Origin: Candidatus Zixiibacteriota bacterium
Lineage (GTDB): Bacteria > RBG-13-66-14 > B26-G2 > WVWN01
DNA: 16,400 bases
Direction of reading: 5' to 3'
Assembly: GCA_050117845.1 (NCBI GenBank)
Contig: JASFLY010000041.1
Coordinates: 1 to 16,400 of the forward strand
In this document: positions 8,326 to 14,990 of the stretch, piece after piece
Layout: the number at the start of each line of letters is the position of its first letter
How positions within the stretch are numbered: the first letter of the stretch is position 1
The notes under the pieces: generated by a model
Told to the model about the DNA's origin: nothing
Seen by the model: only the letters and a program-made list of their open reading frames with translations
The model's database searches: none
Made by a program: the position numbers and the translations under genes

Positions 8326-9012
8326 TTAAACGCCGCCTCGCGGCCCGGCGCACACGCGCACGCATACGCCGCAAATGCCCTGGTTGGTGATGGTCTTTTT
8401 AAACACTTTTATCTTCTCGACGCAACGTTCCCGGTCCCAATCGGCCGCAGTTTCGCCGATGGCCCCGGCCGGGCACACTTTCATGCAAGCGCGGCAGCTT
8501 CCGCACTCCCCCGTCGCGGGGGCGTCGGGTTCCAGCGGGGCGTCGGTGAATACGCTGACCAACCGGACCGCGGCGCCGAAGCGGGGCGTAACGAGCAGGT
8601 TGTTGCGGCCTACGTAACCCAGGCCCGCCAGCCGCGCCAGCCTCACATGGCTAACCGCCCCCAACATACGTTCCCAATCGACGAACTGGGAGGCCGGGAC
8701 GGCTAGCGTCCTGTACCCCCCATCTTCCAACAGCGCGACCATACGGCACGCGATATTATCCAGGGCGGCGTTGACGACGCGGTAGTGATAGGCGTAGAGG
8801 CGCGTCGGCCCGTTTACACAGGTGGCGAGGACGCCGCGGGAAAGAGGCATCGCGGCCACGGCCGCGAAAGGATAATCGCCGCAGGGGGCCGGGACGCCCG
8901 ACGGGACCGCCGCCACGCCGAAGAGCGCCGCGCCGCCGTCGCGGGCCGCACGTTCCACCGCCGCCCGATCCACTCCCACCCGGGACGAATTTCCCGCCGA
9001 CACGGCCTGCAT
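8326..9012 (-). CDS. Epoxyqueuosine-reductase/reductive-dehalogenase-like 2x[4Fe-4S] protein (short form, function uncertain)
   Basis: Core SHVRLARLAGLGYVGRNNLLVTPRFGAAVRLVSVFTD, cluster motifs CGSCRACMKVCP and C..CGVCVRVC. TAATG coupling to the upstream gene. Confidence 0.8.
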   Translation of the reverse strand: MQAVSAGNSSRVGVDRAAVERAARDGGAALFGVAAVPSGVPAPCGDYPFAAVAAMPLSRGVLATCVNGPTRLYAYHYRVVNAALDNIACRMVALLEDGGYRTLAVPASQFVDWERMLGAVSHVRLARLAGLGYVGRNNLLVTPRFGAAVRLVSVFTDAPLEPDAPATGECGSCRACMKVCPAGAIGETAADWDRERCVEKIKVFKKTITNQGICGVCVRVCAGPRGGV

Positions 9013-10001
9013 TATACCTTCTCGTCGTCGGCCGGGCCTGCCGCCAAATGCTGGCGCGCGGCCTCTATCTTACGTATAGCTTCCGCCGGTATCAAAGCCC
9101 GGTTATTATCGTCTATCGGGTAACAGATGTGTTCGCTCGCGATGTCGAATTCACGCACGCCGCCCGTGAAAGCGCCGCGCCCCGCGGCGCACAACTCCTC
9201 GAAGATAACGTCGTCCCAACGGATATTGAGCGACGTAATGACGTATCCCCGCTCGAGGTAGTTCTGATTCGACTCGTAGCCGATGACCAGTTTTTGGTGT
9301 TCCTTTGCCACCGCGGCTATCTCGGCGTTGGCCCACCCGGCCGCCGCGAAGATAACGTCGGCACCGCCTTCGTAAAGTTTGTCGGCCATTCTGCGGGCAC
9401 GGCCTTCGTCCACCGAGGAGGCGAAATCCTCGCCCATATAAACGAACTCGACGGAAGACGAAGGATTCTCCGAACGTACGCCGTCGCCGTAACCGGCGGC
9501 CAATTCGTCGGTAACCCTGTCTTTGCGGCCGCCGAGGAAGGCGTAATGGCCGGTGGGTACGGCGGCGGCCGCCGCCACCCCCATCAAGTACCCGGCGTCA
9601 CGCGCGGGGAAACGCAGGGCCTTGACGTTATCGGCTCCGCGTTCGCCGCTCAATACCAAATAGGAAACGTCAGCGTGCTTCGCCGCCAGCTCGTGGACGT
9701 AGTCTTCCCATAAGGGGGAGGCCACGACGATAACGTCGGCGCCCGCCTCGCCGGCGTCTCTAATAAAGGTCCGGCCCTGGTCCAAACGGTCGGGCTCAAA
9801 ACTCGACGTTTTGGCCGGGATCCCGCTCTCCTCGACGAAACGCTGGCAACCCCGCCAGACCATATCGTTCTTGCCCTTGTCGCCGAGGCCGCCGGCGTCG
9901 GTTACGACGGCGATATCGAAAGATCCATCATCGCCCGAGCGGCACTGCGTCAGGACGGCGAGCGCGGGGATACAAAGCAGTATAGCGAGTATCTTTTTCA
10001 A
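9012..10001 (-). CDS. BMP-family (basic membrane protein / PnrA-like) substrate-binding lipoprotein
   Basis: Motifs AVVTDAGGLGDKGKND, GYLMGVAAA, GADVIFAAAG and VIGYESNQ; signal peptide KKILAILLCIPALAVLTQ-C. Start is TTG 10001 or ATG 10031; the 10160 start coincides with the promoter -35. Confidence 0.85.
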   Translation of the reverse strand: MKKILAILLCIPALAVLTQCRSGDDGSFDIAVVTDAGGLGDKGKNDMVWRGCQRFVEESGIPAKTSSFEPDRLDQGRTFIRDAGEAGADVIVVASPLWEDYVHELAAKHADVSYLVLSGERGADNVKALRFPARDAGYLMGVAAAAAVPTGHYAFLGGRKDRVTDELAAGYGDGVRSENPSSSVEFVYMGEDFASSVDEGRARRMADKLYEGGADVIFAAAGWANAEIAAVAKEHQKLVIGYESNQNYLERGYVITSLNIRWDDVIFEELCAAGRGAFTGGVREFDIASEHICYPIDDNNRALIPAEAIRKIEAARQHLAAGPADDEKV

Positions 10002-10019
10002 ACCGGTTAACGGGCCGCG

Positions 10020-10049
10020 AAAAAAAAACATCCGCCGCCCGACGGTGTT
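10020..10049 (-). terminator. Putative leader terminator (attenuator) upstream of the BMP gene
   Basis: Minus strand AACA-CCGTC-GGGC-GGCGG-A-TGTT continuing into a run of 9 T (A9 at 10020-10028 on the + strand). Confidence 0.5.
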
Positions 10050-10125
10050 ATCGATTACGTGCTGACTTAGAAGGCGGAGTCGCGTCCGGCCCCGGGGGAA
10101 CCGGCCCGGACAGATATTTACCCAC
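10048..10125 (-). CDS. Putative leaderless leader peptide, 25 aa, MGKYLSGPVPPGPDATPPSKSARNR
   Basis: GTG lies 6 nt after the -10 box and the TAA stop falls at the 5' arm of the terminator. Six Pro including two PP. Translation is not demonstrated. Confidence 0.35.
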   Translation of the reverse strand: MGKYLSGPVPPGPDATPPSKSARNR

Positions 10126-10131
10126 CGTGAA

Positions 10132-10160
10132 ATTCTAATAGCGTCCAGGGGCGCTGTCAA
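10132..10160 (-). promoter_or_regulatory. Near-consensus sigma70 promoter for the BMP/QueG-like/PGT operon
   Basis: TTGACA (10160-10155), 17 bp, TAGAAT (10137-10132). Confidence 0.75.
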
Positions 10161-10202
10161 GGCTTTTTACGAAGGGGAAATTCGTATATGTCTAAAAAAC
10201 CC

Positions 10203-10231
10203 TTGCTTTTAGGAGGCCGGTTTTTTAGTAT
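10203..10231 (+). promoter_or_regulatory. Sigma70-type promoter for the barrel gene
   Basis: TTGCTT (10203-10208), 17 bp, TAGTAT (10226-10231), in an AT-rich divergent region. Confidence 0.5.
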
Positions 10232-10268
10232 AAAACGTTATATTAACTCTCAACCCAGGAGGAGCACC

Positions 10269-11201
10269 ATGAAATCATCGCGCTTATTTTTCTTACTAAC
10301 GGTCACGTTTGCGGCAGCCGGGGCGGCTTTCGCGTACACGATGCCGGAAGCGGCCGCCTACGACGGCCTCATCTCCATCGATCCGGGCGGCATGCCGCTG
10401 GTCCCGGAAACGCTGCACGTCAACGCCGGGGCCGGGTACTGGGCGGCGGACAAGGGTTTCGATAACGACGGCAACAGCGTGGATTACACTAACAATCCCA
10501 ACTGCCTGATCGTACCGATCGACGTCGGCTACGCGTTCGACGAAAATTACATGGCGGACCTCACCTTCCAGATTCTGCGGCCCAGCGCCAAGTATACCGA
10601 CCCGCTAACGAACGAGGAAACGACGTACAACGCCATGGGCCTCGGCGATATGTGGCTCAAGGTCCGGGGCATCTGGGAAACGTCGAACGACTTCTACCTC
10701 GGCCCCCGCATCGCCGTTAAAATCCCGGTCGGCAAGGTCGATTATTCTGACGAGAAGCTGGAACTGGGCGACGACCAGGTAGACATCGACTTCGCTGCGG
10801 TGGCGGGTAAATACGGCGGGTCGACGGCGTTCAAATTCAGCGGCCAGCTCGGCTTCCGTTACCGGATGGATGCGAAGGTCAGCTACCCTGGAGAAGAGGA
10901 ATACGACTATACGCCGGGCCTTATGATATATACCCACCTCGAACCCGGCATCGGCACCGGTTCCGACCAGGCGTTCCAGGTCTACGTCCCCATCGGTTAC
11001 GAAACCTCGATGACCGCGAAGGCGGATGGCGAAGAAATCGACAACAGCGAGACGAGTTCGATGTACGTCGGCCTGTATCCGAAATACGAACTGGACGCCC
11101 AGAACAACATCGGCCTGAAATTCCTCTATCCCGTATTCGGAACCAACACCCCCCAGGGCATGTACTTCACGCTTACGTACTCGGCGTTCATCAACCTCTA
11201 A
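10269..11201 (+). CDS. Putative outer-membrane beta-barrel channel (MetA-pathway/SphA 'transporter'-like), 310 aa
   Basis: Strong SD AGGAGGAG before ATG 10269 and signal peptide ending AAFA. GLGDMWLKVR and KIPVG..LGDDQVD segments plus alternating strands resemble this family; the family call is inference. Confidence 0.65.
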   Translation: MKSSRLFFLLTVTFAAAGAAFAYTMPEAAAYDGLISIDPGGMPLVPETLHVNAGAGYWAADKGFDNDGNSVDYTNNPNCLIVPIDVGYAFDENYMADLTFQILRPSAKYTDPLTNEETTYNAMGLGDMWLKVRGIWETSNDFYLGPRIAVKIPVGKVDYSDEKLELGDDQVDIDFAAVAGKYGGSTAFKFSGQLGFRYRMDAKVSYPGEEEYDYTPGLMIYTHLEPGIGTGSDQAFQVYVPIGYETSMTAKADGEEIDNSETSSMYVGLYPKYELDAQNNIGLKFLYPVFGTNTPQGMYFTLTYSAFINL

Positions 11202-11225
11202 TGATTTAAAATCGGTTGAGTACCC

Positions 11226-11253
11226 AAGGGCGGCCCCGCGGCCGCCCTTTTAT
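11226..11253 (+). terminator. Intrinsic terminator
   Basis: AAGGGCGGCC-CCGC-GGCCGCCCTT-TTAT, 24 nt after the stop at 11201. Confidence 0.75.
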
Positions 11254-11261
11254 GTTAACCT

Positions 11262-11290
11262 TTGCCTTTTAAAATACCGGATGCTATAAT
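11262..11290 (+). promoter_or_regulatory. nadB promoter (extended -10)
   Basis: TTGCCT (11262-11267), 17 bp, TGc-TATAAT (11285-11290). ATG follows 9 nt later with no SD site. Confidence 0.65.
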
Positions 11291-11299
11291 CACATTAAT

Positions 11300-12898
11300 A
11301 TGGACTTCGACTATCTGGTAGTCGGCTCGGGATTGGCCGGTCTTTATACCGCGCTCTCGTTCGGTGACCGGGGCCGCGTGGGTCTTTTGACGAAACGGCG
11401 GCTCACCGACGGCGCCACGGCGCTGGCGCAGGGCGGCATAGCCGCGGTTACGTCGCCCGACGACGACGTAGCCCTCCACGCCCAGGATACGATTCGGGCG
11501 GGGGCGGGCCTGTGCCACGAGGACGTTGTCGATATCGTCGTTTCCGAAGGGCCGGGGCGGGTCGCGAAACTCGCCCAACTGGGAGTCGAATTCACCCGGG
11601 AAAAGGACGGCCGCTACGAACTGGGAATGGAGGGCGGCCACTCCCGGCGCCGCATCCTGCACGCCGCCGACCTTACGGGCAAGGCGATAGAGGACGCGCT
11701 CATTGATACGTTGAGCCGGCGGCCCAACGTGGATATCTTCGAAAACCATCTCGCCCTCGACCTTATAATCGGAACCGGCCGGCGCTGTCGCGGCGTCTAC
11801 GCGCTGAACCAGGATAGCGGAAGGATCCTCGCGTTCGAGGGACGGGCCACTGTCCTGGCCTCCGGCGGCGCGGGCAAGGTTTACCTCATCACTTCCAACC
11901 CGGACGTTTGCACCGGCGACGGCATTGCGGCGGCCTGGCGGGCCGGGGCCGCGGTCACCAATATGGAATTCTTCCAGTTCCACCCCACCTGCCTCTTTCG
12001 GCCGGGCGCCAAGACGCTACCGGAGCGTTCCTTTCTCCTGTCCGAGGCCTTGCGGGGCGAGGGCGGCATCCTGTTGAATAACGCGGGCGAGCGCTTCATG
12101 CCGGCCTATCACCCCGACGCCGAGCTGGCCCCCCGGGACGTAGTCGCCCGGGCCATCGACGAGGAAACCAAAAAGGCCGGGACTGACCACGTTTTCCTGG
12201 ACGTAACGGCGATGGGGCGGGAGAAGCTGGAAACGCGCTTCCCCTACATCTACGCCGGATGCATCGAGTTCGGCGTCGACCTGGCGGTGGAACCGGCGCC
12301 GGTCGCTCCCTCAGCCCATTACTGTTGCGGCGGGGTCCTCACGGATGGCCGGGGTCGGACGGAGATACCGGGCCTCTACGCGGTGGGCGAAGTCGCGTGC
12401 ACCGGCCTGCACGGGGCTAATCGGCTCGCCTCGAATTCGTTGCTCGAAGCGGTGGTATTCGCGAAGAGGGCGGCGGACGCCGCGGCCGAGGCAGCGGAGC
12501 GGACGCCGGAATCAGGAACCGCGCCGCCCTGGAACGGCCCCGGCGGCAACGACCTCGAGCCGGTCGCGATATCGCACGACTGGTACCTGGTCCGGCGGAC
12601 GATGCGGGACTTCGTAGGGATAGTAAGAAACGACCGCCGTCTGGAAATGGCCGCCCAGCGGTTGGCGATTATCCGGCAAAACGTCGAGGAGGTATTCGCG
12701 GCCGCGAAACCGAATTACGACGTCGTGGAACTCCGGAACATCGTGACGGTCGCCCAGTTGATCGTACGCTCGGCCCAGGCCCGCCCCGAAAGCCGGGGCC
12801 TTCACTTCAACGCCGACCACCCCGGGCGTGACGACGAACGCTGGGGCCACGATACAATATTGCAATCTGACAACATTTACTCATTAAAGGATGATTAG
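11300..12898 (+). CDS. nadB: L-aspartate oxidase
   Basis: FAD motif VVGSGLAG; also AQGGIAA, EGGHSRRRILH, EFFQFHPT, SEALRGEG, ELAPRDVVARAI, GLHGANRLASNSLLE and ESRGLH. It lacks the covalent-FAD His of SdhA/FrdA before AQGG. Confidence 0.93.
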   Translation: MDFDYLVVGSGLAGLYTALSFGDRGRVGLLTKRRLTDGATALAQGGIAAVTSPDDDVALHAQDTIRAGAGLCHEDVVDIVVSEGPGRVAKLAQLGVEFTREKDGRYELGMEGGHSRRRILHAADLTGKAIEDALIDTLSRRPNVDIFENHLALDLIIGTGRRCRGVYALNQDSGRILAFEGRATVLASGGAGKVYLITSNPDVCTGDGIAAAWRAGAAVTNMEFFQFHPTCLFRPGAKTLPERSFLLSEALRGEGGILLNNAGERFMPAYHPDAELAPRDVVARAIDEETKKAGTDHVFLDVTAMGREKLETRFPYIYAGCIEFGVDLAVEPAPVAPSAHYCCGGVLTDGRGRTEIPGLYAVGEVACTGLHGANRLASNSLLEAVVFAKRAADAAAEAAERTPESGTAPPWNGPGGNDLEPVAISHDWYLVRRTMRDFVGIVRNDRRLEMAAQRLAIIRQNVEEVFAAAKPNYDVVELRNIVTVAQLIVRSAQARPESRGLHFNADHPGRDDERWGHDTILQSDNIYSLKDD

Positions 12899-13050
12899 CG
12901 CAACCCTTTTAAAATAAAGGGTTTCCAATAAATGATATCGTTGTTGATACTTTGTGGAAAACACCTCTTATAATCGACCTTTCTCATTGATAAATAAGGA
13001 CTTAAGGCATACCGGTCAGTAATTAAACAGTTGTTGACAATAATAACTTT
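12899..13050. other. AT-rich intergenic region with an inverted repeat and DnaA-box-like motifs
   Basis: AACCCTTT-N6-AAAGGGTT (12902-12923), TGTTGATAC (12942-12950), TGTGGAAAA (12953-12961; reverse complement TTTTCCACA fits TTWTNCACA) and TGTTGACAA (13032-13040). Confidence 0.4.
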
Positions 13051-13153
13051 TGTCGGCGCGCCGGGTTGTTTCCAGGAATTTACTCCTGCGGGGCGGCGCG
13101 CACAAAACCGAGCCGACGAGTAACGGCTCCGCGAGCCACAGGCAGGTAAGGAT

Positions 13154-14905
13154 ATGAAAAAGATAACGGTATTAATGGCAGTCGTTTCGCTTTGCGCCGG
13201 CGTTTCCGCGTTCGGAGATACGGTCTATTTAGCGCGGGCCGCGGCCGATCCCGCCCGCCTGACGGCCGACCTGGCAGGATATGACTTCGACGTCGCCCTG
13301 GCTTCGGCTGACGGGTATTTCGAAATCGTGGCCTACCCCGAAGACCTGGTGGCGCTCGACCGGGAGGGTATCTCGTACGATATACTCGACACGATCGACA
13401 CCACGGACGCGCCGCCGTCGGAGTATACGGAATACGCCGAGATGGTTCCCATTTTACAGAATCTCGAGAACACCTATCCCAACATATGCAAGCTCTACGA
13501 CATCGGCGATTCGTGGGAGAACCGCGAAATCTGGGCGCTGAAGATATCCGACAACGTCGCGACCCACGACGCCGGCGAGAACGACATCCTTATTAACGGC
13601 TGTCACCACGCCCGGGAGATAATGACGGTCGAAGTGCCGCTCTACCTCGCCCAGCAACTCTGCGAGAAATACGCGACCGACCCGGAGGTCAAGCTCATCG
13701 TCGACAACGTCGAGACCTGGATAATCCCGATGCTCAACCCCGACGGCCACAACTACGTATTCACGGTTTACAATATGTGGCGCAAGAACCGGCGGGACAA
13801 CGGCGGCGGCGTGTACGGCGTCGATCCCAACCGGAACTACGACTACCATTGGGGCGAGAGCGGCGCGAGCCACAACCCCAGTTCCAGCACCTATTGCGGG
13901 CCGAACGCGTTCTCCGAACCCGAAATCCAGGCCCTGCGCGACCTGATTAACGGCGCCGACCATCAATTCATTCATACGCTTAATTATCACTCTTACGGTA
14001 AGGCCATGCTCTACCCCTGGGCCTATACCTCCAGCCACCCGCCGGAGCCCGATTACCAGTACTACAAGGACCTCGCCGCTTACCTGTTGGCCACGTTACC
14101 AGGGTGGGAGCACGGCAACGACTGGGAAGTCCTCCATTATCTCGCCAGCGGGAACGCCGTGGACTGGGGCCACGACGGCGACGGCCACGACCAGGTTTGG
14201 GACATCACCTTCGAGATAGACACGTCGTTCCAACCTCCGGCCTCGCAGATCCCCGTAACTTGCGCCGAGCAATATACCGTCCTCCTCAAACTCCTGAAAC
14301 TCGGCGTGTGCGAACTCCCCGTGAAGGTCTCCTCGTTCGAGGCCCGGACGGTGCGGGACGGCGTGGCGCTCGGCTGGGTCGTCTCCGACCAGCGCGACGT
14401 GGCCGGCTTCAACCTCTACCGACGCCCCGTGACTGAAGCGCCGGCCGCGGTCGATTACGTCCGCCTAAATAACGAGCTCATCACCGGCCGCTCCCCCTAC
14501 GAGTTCGTCGACGGGAACGCGACGGCGGGGGCCGAGTACGAGTACCTGCTCGAGGGCGTGGACCTCACCGGCGGCACGGCCACCTTCGGGCCGACGGTGG
14601 GACGGGCCCCGGGGCGGACGGCACCCCGGGCCATGGCCCTCTATCAGAACCGGCCCAACCCGGCCCGCGGCGTGACGACGATAACGTTCGACGTGGCCGA
14701 GGCCGGCAACGCTTCCCTCGAGGTCTTCGATCTCGCGGGTCGGCGCGTACGCACTCTCTACGACGGCCCGGCCGACGCGGGTGCGCACGAGATTAGCTGG
14801 AACCTGGACGACGACGCGGGCCGGCCCGTGCCCCCGGGCGTTTACCTGTACCGGCTCGAGAGCGCCGGCGAGACGTTGAGCAGGAAACTGGTAAACGCGC
14901 GCTAA
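13154..14905 (+). CDS. Secreted M14 zinc carboxypeptidase (carboxypeptidase T-like) with an FN3-like linker and a C-terminal FlgD-Ig/T9SS-CTD-like domain
   Basis: Signal peptide; HHARE (HxxE), WRKNRR, GVDPNRNY, NYHSY and catalytic TFE. LPVKVSSFEA..W..GFNLYR domain; C-terminal LYQNRPNP..FDLAGRRVRTL..W..GVYLYRL..KLV. Confidence 0.92.
   Translation: MKKITVLMAVVSLCAGVSAFGDTVYLARAAADPARLTADLAGYDFDVALASADGYFEIVAYPEDLVALDREGISYDILDTIDTTDAPPSEYTEYAEMVPILQNLENTYPNICKLYDIGDSWENREIWALKISDNVATHDAGENDILINGCHHAREIMTVEVPLYLAQQLCEKYATDPEVKLIVDNVETWIIPMLNPDGHNYVFTVYNMWRKNRRDNGGGVYGVDPNRNYDYHWGESGASHNPSSSTYCGPNAFSEPEIQALRDLINGADHQFIHTLNYHSYGKAMLYPWAYTSSHPPEPDYQYYKDLAAYLLATLPGWEHGNDWEVLHYLASGNAVDWGHDGDGHDQVWDITFEIDTSFQPPASQIPVTCAEQYTVLLKLLKLGVCELPVKVSSFEARTVRDGVALGWVVSDQRDVAGFNLYRRPVTEAPAAVDYVRLNNELITGRSPYEFVDGNATAGAEYEYLLEGVDLTGGTATFGPTVGRAPGRTAPRAMALYQNRPNPARGVTTITFDVAEAGNASLEVFDLAGRRVRTLYDGPADAGAHEISWNLDDDAGRPVPPGVYLYRLESAGETLSRKLVNAR
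14210..14563 (+). repeat. Direct repeat, copy 1 (about 97% identical to 16047-16400)
   Basis: Ungapped manual alignment at offset 1837 gives about 10 differences in 354 nt. Confidence 0.9.
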
Positions 14906-14929
14906 ACGGCAGCCCTTCAACACGGCGTA

Positions 14930-14963
14930 AAAGGCCGGGCTGATATCCGCCGGCCCGGCCTTT
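14930..14963. terminator. Hairpin between the two peptidase genes
   Basis: AAAGGCCGGGCTG-ATATCCGC-CGGCCCGGCCTTT: a 13-bp stem with one G-U pair and short A/T flanks. Confidence 0.6.
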
Positions 14964-14990
14964 AGCGCTCCCCGCGGGGGATATGGCGTA

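Noticed and set aside
8326..9012. Assigning the symbol queG or rdhA
   Set aside because: Only the shared core is visible. There is no QueG-specific motif, Tat signal or rdhB partner.
10040..10125. c-di-GMP-I, preQ1 or purine riboswitch
   Set aside because: There is only fragmentary resemblance (GGUAAA..GACGC..UCUAAG). The GNRA loop, GCAAAG junction and closing P1 are missing, and no preQ1 or purine core is seen.
10032..10160. ORF-track start of BMP at 10160
   Set aside because: That TTG is part of the TTGACA -35 box, and the extension would bury the lipoprotein signal peptide.
10188..10268. ORF-track start of the barrel gene at 10188
   Set aside because: It spans the promoter; the strong SD and signal peptide point to ATG 10269.
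11300..12898. sdhA/frdA
   Set aside because: There is no covalent-FAD histidine or adjacent Fe-S subunit, and the EGGHS..RILH and NRLASNSLLE motifs fit NadB.
13034..13062. TTGACA as the -35 of the peptidase promoter
   Set aside because: No -10-like hexamer lies at 16-18 bp; the sequence there is GC-rich.
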